DNA of 64,000 nt, taken from assembly GCF_041886205.1 (NCBI RefSeq), contig NZ_CP169029.1; one strand, written 5' to 3'. The notes below the pieces were generated by a model, which saw only the letters and a program-made list of their open reading frames with translations, was not told where the DNA came from and searched no databases. Position 1 is the first letter of the stretch; every line of letters starts with the position of its first letter. Both the position numbers and the translations under genes were made by a program. Source of the DNA: Escherichia coli (GTDB lineage Bacteria > Pseudomonadota > Gammaproteobacteria > Enterobacterales > Enterobacteriaceae). Positions 36,495-49,612 of this stretch are shown piece after piece.

Positions 36495-37277
36495 ATGAAG
36501 AAGTCGATTCTCGCTCTGTCTTTGTTAGTCGGTCTCTCCACAGCGGCTTCCAGCTATGCGGCGCTACCGGAGACGGTACGTATCGGAACCGATACCACCT
36601 ACGCACCGTTCTCATCGAAAGATGCTAAAGGTGATTTTGTTGGCTTTGATATCGATCTCGGTAACGAGATGTGCAAACGGATGCAGGTGAAATGTACCTG
36701 GGTTGCCAGTGACTTTGACGCGCTGATCCCCTCACTGAAAGCGAAAAAAATCGACGCTATTATTTCGTCGCTTTCCATTACCGATAAACGTCAGCAGGAG
36801 ATTGCCTTCTCCGACAAGCTGTACGCCGCAGATTCTCGTTTGATTGCGGCCAAAGGTTCACCGATTCAGCCAACGCTGGATTCACTGAAAGGTAAACATG
36901 TTGGTGTGCTGCAGGGATCAACCCAGGAAGCTTACGCTAACGAGACCTGGCGTAGTAAAGGCGTGGATGTGGTGGCCTATGCCAACCAGGATTTGGTCTA
37001 TTCCGATCTGGCTGCAGGACGTCTGGATGCTGCGTTACAAGATGAAGTTGCTGCCAGCGAAGGATTCCTCAAGCAACCTGCTGGTAAAGATTTCGCCTTT
37101 GCTGGCTCATCAGTAAAAGACAAAAAATACTTCGGTGATGGCACCGGTGTAGGGCTACGTAAAGATGATGCTGAACTGACGGCTGCCTTCAATAAGGCGC
37201 TTGGCGAGCTGCGTCAGGACGGCACCTACGACAAGATGGCGAAAAAGTATTTCGACTTTAATGTCTACGGTGACTGA
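36495..37277 (+). CDS. argT: Lysine/arginine/ornithine periplasmic binding protein ArgT
   Basis: 260-aa ORF with signal peptide; paralogous to adjacent hisJ. Confidence 0.95.
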   Translation: MKKSILALSLLVGLSTAASSYAALPETVRIGTDTTYAPFSSKDAKGDFVGFDIDLGNEMCKRMQVKCTWVASDFDALIPSLKAKKIDAIISSLSITDKRQQEIAFSDKLYAADSRLIAAKGSPIQPTLDSLKGKHVGVLQGSTQEAYANETWRSKGVDVVAYANQDLVYSDLAAGRLDAALQDEVAASEGFLKQPAGKDFAFAGSSVKDKKYFGDGTGVGLRKDDAELTAAFNKALGELRQDGTYDKMAKKYFDFNVYGD

Positions 37278-37497
37278 TACGTCGCTGGGAAGCTGTACCT
37301 GATGGAATGATCATCATGGTGCACGCCAGGTTTGTTGCACTATCGTGGTGCATTGAAATGCATACTTAAGCATTTTTAATGAAAAATAATACGTCTAACG
37401 GGGCGGGATATTTTGCCTTGATGGTCAATTTTATGGCACGATAAGTGTAACAAACCTGTAAATATTCCCTTTAAAAAGACTGTCAGTTGAGGACATT

Positions 37498-38280
37498 ATG
37501 AAAAAACTGGTGCTATCGCTCTCTCTGGTTCTGGCCTTCTCCAGCGCAACTGCGGCGTTTGCTGCGATTCCGCAAAACATCCGCATCGGTACCGACCCGA
37601 CCTATGCGCCATTTGAATCAAAAAATTCACAAGGCGAACTGGTTGGCTTCGATATCGATCTGGCAAAGGAATTATGCAAACGCATCAATACGCAATGTAC
37701 GTTTGTCGAAAATCCGCTGGATGCGTTAATCCCGTCCTTAAAAGCGAAGAAGATTGACGCCATCATGTCATCGCTTTCCATTACGGAAAAACGTCAGCAA
37801 GAAATAGCCTTCACCGACAAACTGTACGCTGCCGATTCTCGTTTGGTGGTGGCGAAAAATTCTGACATTCAGCCGACAGTCGAGTCGCTGAAAGGCAAAC
37901 GGGTAGGCGTATTGCAGGGCACCACCCAGGAGACGTTCGGTAATGAACATTGGGCACCAAAAGGCATTGAAATCGTCTCGTATCAGGGGCAGGACAACAT
38001 TTATTCTGACCTGACTGCCGGACGTATTGATGCCGCGTTCCAGGATGAGGTCGCTGCCAGCGAAGGTTTCCTCAAACAACCTGTCGGTAAAGATTACAAA
38101 TTCGGTGGCCCGTCTGTTAAAGATGAAAAACTGTTTGGCGTAGGGACCGGCATGGGCCTGCGTAAAGAAGATAACGAACTGCGCGAAGCACTGAACAAAG
38201 CCTTTGCCGAAATGCGCGCTGACGGTACTTACGAGAAATTAGCGAAAAAGTACTTCGATTTTGATGTTTATGGTGGCTAA
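37498..38280 (+). CDS. hisJ: Histidine periplasmic binding protein HisJ
   Basis: 260-aa ORF with signal peptide, followed by hisQMP. Confidence 0.95.
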   Translation: MKKLVLSLSLVLAFSSATAAFAAIPQNIRIGTDPTYAPFESKNSQGELVGFDIDLAKELCKRINTQCTFVENPLDALIPSLKAKKIDAIMSSLSITEKRQQEIAFTDKLYAADSRLVVAKNSDIQPTVESLKGKRVGVLQGTTQETFGNEHWAPKGIEIVSYQGQDNIYSDLTAGRIDAAFQDEVAASEGFLKQPVGKDYKFGGPSVKDEKLFGVGTGMGLRKEDNELREALNKAFAEMRADGTYEKLAKKYFDFDVYGG

Positions 38281-38304
38281 TCGCCATCGGTGAAAGAAAG
38301 CCCG

Positions 38305-38328
38305 CTCCCTTCGGGTAACCGGAGGGAG
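38305..38328 (+). other. Intercistronic stem-loop with GUAA tetraloop between hisJ and hisQ
   Basis: ctcccttcgg-gtaa-ccggagggag, 10-bp stem with one G-U pair. Confidence 0.6.
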
Positions 38329-38369
38329 ACAAGAGGCGGTAATTCACCACACACGACAGGACAGGCAGC

Positions 38370-39056
38370 ATGTTGTATGGGTTTTCAGGTGTTATTTTAC
38401 AGGGTGCGCTCGTCACGCTGGAGCTGGCTATCAGCTCTGTAGTGCTCGCTGTAATCATCGGTTTAATTGGCGCTGGCGGTAAGCTCTCGCAAAATCGGCT
38501 TTCGGGGCTGATTTTCGAAGGGTACACCACGCTGATTCGTGGCGTGCCGGACTTAGTGTTGATGCTGCTGATTTTCTACGGTTTGCAGATTGCGCTAAAC
38601 ACGGTGACGGAGGCGATGGGCGTCGGGCAGATTGATATCGATCCGATGGTCGCTGGTATTATCACTCTCGGTTTTATCTACGGTGCTTATTTTACCGAAA
38701 CGTTCCGTGGTGCTTTTATGGCAGTGCCGAAAGGACATATAGAGGCGGCGACGGCGTTCGGTTTTACTCGTGGGCAAGTGTTTCGGCGGATCATGTTTCC
38801 GTCGATGATGCGTTACGCCCTGCCAGGCATTGGCAACAACTGGCAGGTGATCCTCAAATCTACCGCACTGGTTTCGTTACTCGGCCTGGAAGATGTGGTC
38901 AAAGCCACCCAACTGGCAGGCAAAAGTACCTGGGAACCGTTCTATTTCGCCATCGTCTGTGGCGTGATTTACCTGGTTTTCACCACTGTTTCCAATGGTG
39001 TGCTGCTGTTCCTTGAGCGCCGCTACTCCGTGGGTGTGAAGAGGGCTGACCTGTGA
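38370..39056 (+). CDS. hisQ: Histidine ABC transporter permease HisQ
   Basis: 228-aa membrane ORF. Confidence 0.95.
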   Translation: MLYGFSGVILQGALVTLELAISSVVLAVIIGLIGAGGKLSQNRLSGLIFEGYTTLIRGVPDLVLMLLIFYGLQIALNTVTEAMGVGQIDIDPMVAGIITLGFIYGAYFTETFRGAFMAVPKGHIEAATAFGFTRGQVFRRIMFPSMMRYALPGIGNNWQVILKSTALVSLLGLEDVVKATQLAGKSTWEPFYFAIVCGVIYLVFTTVSNGVLLFLERRYSVGVKRADL

Positions 39057-39769
39057 TCGAAATCTTACATGAATACTGGAAACCGCTGCTGTGGACCGAC
39101 GGTTATCGCTTTACTGGTGTGGCGATCACTCTGTGGCTGCTTATTTTGTCGGTAGTGATAGGCGGAGTCCTGGCGCTGTTTCTGGCGATTGGTCGTGTCT
39201 CCAGTAATAAATACATCCAGTTTCCAATCTGGTTATTTACCTATATTTTTCGCGGTACGCCGCTGTATGTTCAGTTGCTGGTGTTCTATTCCGGCATGTA
39301 CACGCTTGAGATTGTTAAGGGAACCGAATTTCTTAACGCTTTCTTCCGCAGTGGCCTGAACTGTACCGTGCTGGCGCTGACGCTTAACACCTGCGCTTAC
39401 ACTACCGAGATTTTTGCTGGGGCAATCCGTTCGGTTCCGCATGGGGAAATTGAAGCCGCCAGAGCCTATGGCTTCTCGACTTTTAAAATGTATCGCTGCA
39501 TTATTTTGCCTTCTGCGCTGCGTATTGCGTTACCGGCATACAGCAACGAAGTGATCCTGATGCTGCACTCTACTGCGTTGGCATTTACTGCCACGGTGCC
39601 GGATCTGCTGAAAATAGCCCGCGATATTAACGCCGCCACGTATCAACCTTTTACCGCCTTCGGCATTGCCGCGGTGCTCTATTTAATCATCTCTTATGTC
39701 CTGATCAGCCTCTTTCGCAGAGCGGAAAAACGCTGGTTGCAGCATGTGAAACCTTCTTCAACGCACTGA
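39053..39769 (+). CDS. hisM: Histidine ABC transporter permease HisM
   Basis: 238-aa membrane ORF, GTG start overlapping hisQ stop. Confidence 0.95.
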   Translation: MIEILHEYWKPLLWTDGYRFTGVAITLWLLILSVVIGGVLALFLAIGRVSSNKYIQFPIWLFTYIFRGTPLYVQLLVFYSGMYTLEIVKGTEFLNAFFRSGLNCTVLALTLNTCAYTTEIFAGAIRSVPHGEIEAARAYGFSTFKMYRCIILPSALRIALPAYSNEVILMLHSTALAFTATVPDLLKIARDINAATYQPFTAFGIAAVLYLIISYVLISLFRRAEKRWLQHVKPSSTH

Positions 39770-39776
39770 GAATACG

Positions 39777-40550
39777 ATGTCCGAGAATAAATTAAACGTT
39801 ATCGATTTGCACAAACGCTACGGCGAACATGAAGTGCTGAAAGGGGTATCACTGCAAGCGAATGCCGGAGATGTAATAAGCATCATCGGATCGTCGGGAT
39901 CGGGGAAAAGTACCTTTCTGCGCTGCATTAACTTCCTCGAAAAACCGAGTGAAGGGTCGATCGTGGTCAATGGCCAGACGATCAATCTGGTGCGCGACAA
40001 AGACGGTCAACTCAAAGTCGCCGATAAAAATCAACTGCGCTTACTGCGCACACGCCTGACGATGGTATTCCAGCACTTCAATCTCTGGAGCCATATGACG
40101 GTGCTGGAAAACGTCATGGAAGCGCCGATTCAGGTGTTGGGCCTGAGCAAGCAGGAAGCGCGCGAGCGGGCGGTGAAGTATCTGGCAAAAGTCGGGATAG
40201 ACGAACGTGCGCAGGGGAAATATCCGGTGCATCTTTCCGGCGGTCAGCAACAGCGTGTTTCTATCGCGCGGGCGCTGGCGATGGAACCGGAAGTTTTACT
40301 GTTTGATGAGCCTACCTCGGCGCTCGATCCTGAACTGGTAGGCGAAGTGTTGCGTATTATGCAGCAACTGGCAGAAGAGGGGAAAACCATGGTGGTAGTG
40401 ACTCACGAAATGGGCTTTGCTCGCCATGTTTCTACTCATGTCATTTTCCTCCATCAGGGGAAAATAGAAGAAGAGGGCGCGCCGGAGCAGTTATTTGGCA
40501 ACCCGCAAAGCCCTCGTCTGCAACGGTTCCTTAAGGGATCGCTGAAATAA
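39777..40550 (+). CDS. hisP: Histidine ABC transporter ATPase HisP
   Basis: 257-aa ORF with Walker [10 protein letters not shown] and LSGGQQQR signature. Confidence 0.97.
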
Positions 40551-40556
40551 TTTCCT

Positions 40557-40586
40557 CTCCGGTGGCTAACGCTGCCGGAGTATTTT
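40557..40586 (+). terminator. Probable terminator after hisP
   Basis: ctccgg-loop-ccggag followed by tattttc. Confidence 0.5.
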
Positions 40587-40746
40587 CATGGGGAATTTGC
40601 GAGTCAGCTTCCGCTGAAATGTAAAAGTTACAGTCCGCTAAAAATACTTCTGAATTCGCTGTCCAAAGATAAAAACTGCCTGCTGCATTGGGTGTTAATC
40701 GTGGTTATTGTCGCGTCATCTTAAATTTGAGGGGTGACGGAACGCC

Positions 40747-41637
40747 ATGACAATATCGACAACTTCCACGCCGCATGATGCGGTATTTAAATCTTTTTTA
40801 CGCCATCCAGACACCGCGCGGGATTTTATTGATATTCATCTTCCCGCGCCGCTGCGCAAACTGTGTGATTTAACGACGCTTAAACTGGAACCAAACAGTT
40901 TTATTGATGAAGACCTGCGGCAATATTATTCCGACCTCTTGTGGTCTGTGAAAACGCAGGAGGGAGTGGGTTATATTTATGTAGTGATAGAGCACCAAAG
41001 TAAGCCGGAAGAATTAATGGCTTTTCGCATGATGCGTTATTCCATTGCGGCAATGCAAAACCATCTTGATGCGGGCTATAAAGAGCTTCCATTGGTGATC
41101 CCGATGCTGTTTTATCATGGTTGCAGAAGTCCTTATCCTTATTCACTCTGCTGGCTTGATGAATTTGCCGAGCCTGCTATAGCCCGCAAAATATATTCAT
41201 CAGCGTTTCCGTTGGTGGATATTACCGTGGTGCCGGATGACGAGATTATGCAACACCGCAAAATGGCGCTGTTGGAGTTAATTCAGAAACATATTCGTCA
41301 GCGCGATCTGTTGGGATTAGTCGACCAAATTGTTTCGCTGCTAGTTACAGGGAACACTAATGACAGACAGCTAAAAGCCCTGTTTAATTACGTATTACAA
41401 ACAGGGGATGCCCAGCGTTTTCGTGCATTTATTGGTGAGATAGCGGAACGCGCACCACAAGAAAAGGAGAAACTGATGACCATTGCTGACAGATTACGTG
41501 AAGAAGGCGCAATGCAGGGCAAACACGAAGAAGCCCTGCGTATTGCTCAGGAGATGCTGGATAGAGGTTTAGACAGAGAGTTAGTTATGATGGTGACCCG
41601 ACTTTCACCAGACGATCTTATCGCGCAAAGCCACTAA
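40747..41637 (+). CDS. rpnB: Rpn-family recombination-promoting nuclease (transposase-like PD-(D/E)XK protein)
   Basis: 296-aa ORF matching Rpn/YhgA-like family; located at the K-12 yfcI position. Confidence 0.8.
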   Translation: MTISTTSTPHDAVFKSFLRHPDTARDFIDIHLPAPLRKLCDLTTLKLEPNSFIDEDLRQYYSDLLWSVKTQEGVGYIYVVIEHQSKPEELMAFRMMRYSIAAMQNHLDAGYKELPLVIPMLFYHGCRSPYPYSLCWLDEFAEPAIARKIYSSAFPLVDITVVPDDEIMQHRKMALLELIQKHIRQRDLLGLVDQIVSLLVTGNTNDRQLKALFNYVLQTGDAQRFRAFIGEIAERAPQEKEKLMTIADRLREEGAMQGKHEEALRIAQEMLDRGLDRELVMMVTRLSPDDLIAQSH

Positions 41638-41684
41638 TCCTGTAACACCGGGAGTTAACTGGCGGATGTTTGCTGTAAACCACA

Positions 41685-42578
41685 TCAGCGAACGACATCC
41701 GCCAGCGCCTCTTCTAAATCGTACCAGCGAAACGCAAAACCCGCTTCTTCCAGCCGTTTAGGCAGCGCGCGTTGTCCACCTAATACCAGTACTGAAGATT
41801 CGCCCATTAACAGTCGAATGGCGGTCGCGGGGACGCGCAAAATGGCCGGGCGATGCAGCGCATGACCGAGCGCATGGGCAAATTGTTCATTGCGTACCGG
41901 GTAGGGCGAAACCATATTAAATGGCCCGCGCAGCTCGTTATCCAGCAGCCAGAGAATACCGTTGACCATATCATCAATATGAATCCAGGCCAGATACTGC
42001 CGACCAGAGCCAATCGGCCCGCCCAGGCCAAGACGAAACGGCGGCAGCATTTTACCGAGAATACCGCCATCCGGTGCCAGCACTACACCGGTACGCAGCA
42101 GGCACACTCGCGTTTTGTCACTTTGCGCCCGGCAGGCAATTTCTTCCCAGCGGGCGCAGAGTTTATGGGTAAATTCGTTATGCGGCGGTTCCTCTTCGGT
42201 AACCACCACTTCACCTAAGTCACCATAATAGCCCGTTGCCGAGCCGGAAATGAGTACCGACGGTGGCGTGTCGCTGGCATTAATCAAATCGACCAGTTTT
42301 TGCGTGATATTCCAGCGGCTTTGGCAGAGACGCTCTTTTTGCTCGTGAGTCCAGCGTTTATCAGCAATCGGTTCTCCGGCCAGGTTGATTACCGCATCAA
42401 CGCCGTTGAGGTTGCTTTGATCGGCAAGCCCTTGCCATAGTGTCACCCGAGGGCCGAGAACGGAACTGGCTTTCTGCGGGTTACGCGTCACTACCGTAAT
42501 TTGATGGCCCAGCTCCAGCAAACGCGGAATCAAATGGCGACCAATTAATCCCGTCCCTCCGGTGATCACTATGTTCAT
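41685..42578 (-). CDS. yfcH: NAD-dependent epimerase/dehydratase-like protein YfcH
   Basis: 297-aa ORF with N-terminal Rossmann motif ITGGTGLIG. Confidence 0.85.
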
Positions 42579-42598
42579 GCAGCCTCCCGATATGGCGA

Positions 42599-42961
42599 TT
42601 AACGCTGCCAGCTTAAGGTCATGGATACCGAATCGGCGTAGCGCAGCGCGTGCAGTTTATCGATCTCCACTTCAGCATACGTCACCCAGTGATGTTCACG
42701 TGCGATATCGAGCACATCCTGAGTTAATTTTTCCAGCAAAGAGAAACGGTTATTCTCTACATGCTGAATAATGTTTTTCGTTACGGTGCGATAATTCAGC
42801 GCATCGTTGATATCTTCGCTAGTGCGCGCTTTATCGGCGGGGTAGTGGATCGTCACATTGATAACAATATCCTGACGGTTGTTAATTTCTTCTTCCTTAA
42901 TTCCGATAAACGTACGCAAACGAAGGTTCTTTATACGAATAATAGCGGCAGGTTGTGCCAT
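42599..42961 (-). CDS. folX: Dihydroneopterin triphosphate 2-prime-epimerase FolX
   Basis: 120-aa [28 protein letters not shown]... Confidence 0.9.
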
Positions 42962-43017
42962 TGCAGGTTCTCCGTTGTTTTACTTAGGATGAAATAATAC
43001 ACGAGAACCTGTTTCTG

Positions 43018-44494
<1,477 letters not shown>

Positions 44495-44497
44495 TGA

Positions 44498-45052
44498 GTG
44501 ATGAAACTGATGTTTGCATCGGACATTCATGGGTCGTTACCGGCGACGGAACGTGTTCTGGAGTTGTTTGCCCAAAGCGGTGCCCAGTGGCTGGTGATCC
44601 TTGGCGACGTGTTGAATCACGGCCCGCGTAATGCTTTACCGGAGGGTTACGCGCCAGCCAAAGTCGCTGAACGGCTTAATGAAGTGGCACATAAGGTTAT
44701 CGCTGTGCGCGGCAACTGCGACAGCGAAGTGGATCAAATGCTGCTGCATTTCCCGATAACCGCGCCGTGGCAACAGGTATTACTGGAAAAACAACGTCTG
44801 TTTTTGACGCATGGTCATCTTTTTGGCCCCGAAAATCTGCCTGCTTTAAACCAGAACGATGTGCTGGTGTACGGCCATACCCATCTGCCAGTGGCAGAAC
44901 AGCGGGGGGAGATTTTCCACTTCAACCCCGGCTCGGTGAGTATTCCGAAAGGCGGTAATCCGGCGAGTTATGGCATGCTGGATAATGACGTACTTAGTGT
45001 AATCGCACTCAATGATCAAAGTATCATTGCGCAGGTCGCGATTAATCCGTAA
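44498..45052 (+). CDS. yfcE: Metallophosphoesterase (phosphodiesterase) YfcE
   Basis: 184-aa ORF with DIHG and GNCD motifs; GTG start. Confidence 0.85.
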   Translation: MMKLMFASDIHGSLPATERVLELFAQSGAQWLVILGDVLNHGPRNALPEGYAPAKVAERLNEVAHKVIAVRGNCDSEVDQMLLHFPITAPWQQVLLEKQRLFLTHGHLFGPENLPALNQNDVLVYGHTHLPVAEQRGEIFHFNPGSVSIPKGGNPASYGMLDNDVLSVIALNDQSIIAQVAINP

Positions 45053-45109
45053 TTTACCCACAACTCAAAATGCGCCGTAAGAGCGCCAGAAAAAGAAGGT
45101 TTCCTGATA

Positions 45110-45652
45110 ATGGAACAGCGTCGTTTGGCAAGTACTGAATGGGTGGATATTGTCAATGAAGAGAACGAAGTCATTGCACAAGCCAGCCGGGAACAAATGC
45201 GGGCACAGTGTCTGCGTCATCGTGCAACTTACATCGTCGTGCATGATGGCATGGGCAAAATTCTGGTCCAGCGTCGTACCGAGACAAAAGACTTTTTACC
45301 CGGCATGTTAGATGCGACCGCAGGCGGTGTAGTCCAGGCCGATGAGCAACTGCTGGAATCCGCGCGTCGCGAAGCGGAAGAAGAGTTGGGCATTGCCGGT
45401 GTCCCCTTTGCCGAGCACGGGCAGTTCTATTTCGAAGATAAAAATTGCCGAGTCTGGGGCGCGTTGTTCAGTTGCGTCTCTCACGGTCCCTTCGCCCTAC
45501 AGGAAGATGAAGTCAGTGAGGTTTGCTGGCTGACGCCGGAAGAAATCACCGCACGCTGCGATGAGTTCACTCCAGACTCGCTGAAAGCGCTGGCGTTGTG
45601 GATGAAGCGCAATGCCAAAAATGAAGCCGTAGAGACTGAAACGGCAGAATGA
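45110..45652 (+). CDS. yfcD: Nudix hydrolase YfcD
   Basis: 180-aa ORF with Nudix box ([23 protein letters not shown]). Confidence 0.85.
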
Positions 45653-45690
45653 AAAAAGAGCCGCAATTGCGGCTCTTAACATTTTTAGTG
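45652..45690. terminator. Bidirectional terminator between convergent yfcD and yfcC
   Basis: aaaaa-agagccgcaa/ttgcggctct-taacattttt, perfect 10-bp palindrome flanked by A and T runs. Confidence 0.75.
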
Positions 45691-47205
45691 GTAGCCCATC
45701 AACTGAGCGCCGATCACTACGACGCTGGACATAATAAACAGCAATCCAAGTAGGGTCGCGCCCACCTTCAGCCAGTTACGGAAGTCCACCCTGCACACAC
45801 CGAGCGTTGCCATTAACGAAGCTGAGGTTGGGTAAATGATGTGACTGAAGCCATCACCAAACTGGAACGCCAGCACGGTAACCTGACGGTTAACACCGAC
45901 CAGATCGCCAAGCGGTGCCAGTAACGGCATGGTTAACGCCGCCTGACCAGAACCGGACGTCACGAAGAAATTAAATACCGCCTGGAAGAGCAACATAAAC
46001 CAGGCCGCGACCGCGTTGTCCAGACCGCTAATGGCATTGGCAATGCTGTTGAGGATAGTATTTAACACGCTGGCATCACCTGCTTCACCATTACCGACCA
46101 GCAGCAAAATCCCTTTGGCGAAACCCACCAGCAGGGCAGGGGCGATCATCATTCGCGCCCCTTCGGTAAAGGATGAAGCCATGGTATTAACCGTCATGCC
46201 GTTAAGGCGGAAAACAACGCCGATGATGCCAATCACCAGACCCATGGTGAAGAACTGGCTGGCAATTTCTGGAATAAACCAGGCATTAACGATCACGCCC
46301 CAAATCACCCAGACCATTACGGCGGTCAGGACAATTAATACCAGCCAGTCACCAAAGGTAAACGGACGTTGTTCAACATCCGCCTGCTTTTCACGAAAGA
46401 AGCGGTCGGACTCATGCACGCGTGACAGAAGAGGATTCTTTTTCACACGTGAGGCGTACACCATGGTAAAGATCAGGCCAATCAGAGTGGCGATAACCCA
46501 CACCACGATGCGCAACCCGGAGCCAGAAAGCACCGGAACGCCGGCAATCCCCTGAGCAACGACCACACAAAACGGGTTCATCCACGAACTGGCAAAACCG
46601 ATTTGCGTGGCGATATAGGTCACCAGGACGGTGGTAATACTGTCATAGCCCAGCCGGACCATTAGCGGTGCGATGATAATGGCAAAGGCGACGGCCTCTT
46701 CTCCCATACCAAATACCGCGCCGCCAAGTGAAAACAGGATAAAGAGCGCAGGAATAAAGAGAATTTCATTCCCACGGGTATGGCGAATAAGCGCCAGGAT
46801 ACCGTTATCAATGGTTCCTGTACGCATCACAATGCCAAACGCGCCGCCAATCACCAGCATAAACATGATGATGCCAACGGCTGTCCCGTATTTCGATCCT
46901 GAGGTTAACCCTTCAAACGGGAAGTTCATCAGGCCCGGGCGTTCATCGCCCGTCGTGAACAGCTGTACGCGGTGATACTCAGGTTCGCCTGCTTCGTTAG
47001 TCAGAATGCGAAATGAGTGTGGATCTACGACTTTGCGTGTTTTTGTTTGACCATCAACCTGATACTGCACTTCCTGACTGTCAAACATGCCCACCGGAAC
47101 TACCCAGGTGGCAAGACTGGTTAAAATGGCAACAAAAAAGATAATCACCAACGTATCGGGCATTGCCCATCTTCTGGTTGGTTTGGATTCAGTGATTGCG
47201 GACAT
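45685..47205 (-). CDS. yfcC: Putative transporter YfcC (C4-dicarboxylate anaerobic carrier-like family)
   Basis: Start set to MSAITESKPTRRWAMPDT... (506 aa); polytopic membrane protein. Confidence 0.85.
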   Translation of the reverse strand: MSAITESKPTRRWAMPDTLVIIFFVAILTSLATWVVPVGMFDSQEVQYQVDGQTKTRKVVDPHSFRILTNEAGEPEYHRVQLFTTGDERPGLMNFPFEGLTSGSKYGTAVGIIMFMLVIGGAFGIVMRTGTIDNGILALIRHTRGNEILFIPALFILFSLGGAVFGMGEEAVAFAIIIAPLMVRLGYDSITTVLVTYIATQIGFASSWMNPFCVVVAQGIAGVPVLSGSGLRIVVWVIATLIGLIFTMVYASRVKKNPLLSRVHESDRFFREKQADVEQRPFTFGDWLVLIVLTAVMVWVIWGVIVNAWFIPEIASQFFTMGLVIGIIGVVFRLNGMTVNTMASSFTEGARMMIAPALLVGFAKGILLLVGNGEAGDASVLNTILNSIANAISGLDNAVAAWFMLLFQAVFNFFVTSGSGQAALTMPLLAPLGDLVGVNRQVTVLAFQFGDGFSHIIYPTSASLMATLGVCRVDFRNWLKVGATLLGLLFIMSSVVVIGAQLMGYH

Positions 47206-47321
47206 AGCGCAAATATTCCCTTGCACAAAACAAAGTGGTAAGTATGCAAAGTGAGATGGCGCAATTCATTGATGCAGCGCAGTTAAGCAAGATAATCAGA
47301 AAGGATTAATGCAAATTAAGA

Positions 47322-47356
47322 GAATAAAAAACCGGAAATAGTCACTATTTCCGGTT
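47322..47356 (-). terminator. Rho-independent terminator of pta
   Basis: 12-bp perfect stem aaccggaaatag/ctatttccggtt followed on the minus strand by ttttttatt. Confidence 0.8.
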
Positions 47357-47393
47357 CCGAATCCGCAGCGCAAAGCTGCGGATGATGACGAGA

Positions 47394-49538
47394 TTACTGC
47401 TGCTGTGCAGACTGAATCGCAGTCAGCGCGATGGTGTAGACGATATCGTCAACCAGTGCGCCACGGGACAGGTCGTTAACCGGCTTGCGCATACCCTGCA
47501 GCATCGGCCCGATGGAGATCAGGTCGGCAGAACGCTGTACCGCTTTGTAGGTGGTGTTACCGGTGTTCAGATCCGGGAAGATGAACACGGTAGCGCGACC
47601 TGCAACCGGAGAGTTCGGCGCTTTGGATTTCGCAACGTCAGCCATTACTGCAGCGTCGTACTGCAGCGGACCGTCGATCATCAGGTCAGGACGTTTTTCC
47701 TGCGCCAGACGAGTTGCTTCGCGAACTTTTTCTACATCGCTACCTGCACCAGAAGTCCCGGTGGAGTAGGAGAGCATAGCAACGCGCGGTTCGATACCGA
47801 AGGCCGCAGCGGAATCAGCGGACTGAATCGCGATTTCTGCCAGCTGTTCTGCGGTCGGATCCGGGTTGATCGCACAGTCACCGTAAACGTAAACCTGTTC
47901 CGGCAGCAGCATGAAGAACACGGAAGATACCAGGGAGCTGCCCGGTGCAGTTTTGATCAGCTGCAGCGGCGGACGGATGGTGTTTGCGGTAGTGTGAACA
48001 GCACCGGAAACCAGACCATCAACTTCATCCTGTTCCAGCATCAGCGTACCGAGAACCACGTTGTCTTCCAGCTGCTCGCGGGCAACGGTTTCGGTCATGC
48101 CTTTGTTCTTACGCAGCTCGACCAGACGACCAACATAGCTTTCGCGAACCACTTCTGGATCAACGATTTCAATGCCTGCACCCAGTTCTACACCCTGAGA
48201 CGCTGCAACACGATTGATCTCTGCCGGATTACCCAGCAGTACGCAAGTTGCGATACCACGTTCAGCACAGATAGCGGCTGCTTTAACGGTACGCGGTTCG
48301 TCACCTTCCGGCAGAACGATACGTTTGCCCGCTTTGCGCGCAAGTTCAGTCAGCTGATAACGGAACGCTGGCGGAGACAGACGACGGCTGCGCTCAGAAG
48401 TGGCAGTCAGAGACTCGATCCAGTCAGCGTTGATGTAGTTAGCAACGTACTCCTGAACTTTCTCGATACGCTCGTGATCGTCAACCGGAACTTCCAGGTT
48501 GAAGCTCTGCAGGCTCAGAGAAGTCTGCCAGGTGTTGGTGTTCACCATAAATACCGGCAGGCCGGTAGCGAAAGCACGTTCGCACAGTTTAGAAATGCGC
48601 GCGTCCATTTCGTAGCCGCCAGTTAGCAGCAGGGCACCGATTTCTACGCCGTTCATGGCAGCCAGGCAAGCGGCAACCAGCACGTCAGGACGGTCTGCGG
48701 AAGTCACCAGCAGAGAACCGGCACGGAAGTGCTCCAGCATGTGCGGAATGCTGCGTGCGCAGAAAGTGACGGATTTAACGCGGCGAGTATTGATGTCGCC
48801 TTCGTTGATGATGGTCGCATTCAGGTGGCGAGCCATATCGACCGCACGAGTCGCGATCAGGTCAAAGCTCCACGGCACAGCACCGAGAACCGGCAGCGGG
48901 CTAGATTCTTGCAGCTTCGCCGGATCAACATTGTTTACTTTAGCTTTGGAAGAGTCGTCGAAAATCTCGGACAGATCCGGGCGAGTACGACCCTGTTCAT
49001 CAACCGGTGCGTTCAGTTTGTTAACGATAACGCCGGTGATGTTGGTGTTTTTGGCACCGCCGAAGCTGTTGCGGGTCAGTTCGATACGCTCTTTCAGCTG
49101 TTCCGGGGTGTCAGTGCCCTGAGACATAACGAAGACGATTTCCGCATTCAGCGTTTTAGCGATTTCGTAGTTCAGAGACTGGGCAAACTGGTGCTTACGT
49201 GTCGGGACCAGACCTTCAACCAGAACGACTTCAGCGTCTTTGGTGTTAGCGTGGTAGTTTGCGACGATCTCTTCCATCAGCACATCTTTCTGATTGCTGG
49301 AAAGCAGACCTTCAACGTAGCTCATTTTCAGCGGTTCAGCGGCCGTCGTGGTGGAAGAGTTCGCACGCACGATAGTCGTAGTCTGATCGGGCGCATCGCC
49401 ACCGGTACGCGGCTGAGCGATAGGTTTGAAAACGCTCAGACGAACGCCTTTGCGTTCCATTGCACGGATCACGCCAAGGCTGACGCTGGTCAGACCGACG
49501 CTGGTTCCGGTAGGGATCAGCATAATAATACGGGACAC
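47394..49538 (-). CDS. pta: Phosphate acetyltransferase Pta
   Basis: 714-aa [35 protein letters not shown]... Confidence 0.97.
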   Translation of the reverse strand: MSRIIMLIPTGTSVGLTSVSLGVIRAMERKGVRLSVFKPIAQPRTGGDAPDQTTTIVRANSSTTTAAEPLKMSYVEGLLSSNQKDVLMEEIVANYHANTKDAEVVLVEGLVPTRKHQFAQSLNYEIAKTLNAEIVFVMSQGTDTPEQLKERIELTRNSFGGAKNTNITGVIVNKLNAPVDEQGRTRPDLSEIFDDSSKAKVNNVDPAKLQESSPLPVLGAVPWSFDLIATRAVDMARHLNATIINEGDINTRRVKSVTFCARSIPHMLEHFRAGSLLVTSADRPDVLVAACLAAMNGVEIGALLLTGGYEMDARISKLCERAFATGLPVFMVNTNTWQTSLSLQSFNLEVPVDDHERIEKVQEYVANYINADWIESLTATSERSRRLSPPAFRYQLTELARKAGKRIVLPEGDEPRTVKAAAICAERGIATCVLLGNPAEINRVAASQGVELGAGIEIVDPEVVRESYVGRLVELRKNKGMTETVAREQLEDNVVLGTLMLEQDEVDGLVSGAVHTTANTIRPPLQLIKTAPGSSLVSSVFFMLLPEQVYVYGDCAINPDPTAEQLAEIAIQSADSAAAFGIEPRVAMLSYSTGTSGAGSDVEKVREATRLAQEKRPDLMIDGPLQYDAAVMADVAKSKAPNSPVAGRATVFIFPDLNTGNTTYKAVQRSADLISIGPMLQGMRKPVNDLSRGALVDDIVYTIALTAIQSAQQQ

Positions 49539-49575
49539 GGTTTATCCTCTTTCGTTACCGCCGATTTGGCGGGTT

Positions 49576-49598
49576 ACAAAACAGCACCGCCAGCTGAG
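49576..49598 (-). other. Intercistronic hairpin between ackA and pta (caccgccagc-tga-gctggcggtg)
   Basis: 10-bp perfect stem 15 nt after ackA stop; partial U-tract on minus strand. Confidence 0.55.
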
Positions 49599-49612
49599 CT
49601 GGCGGTGTGAAA

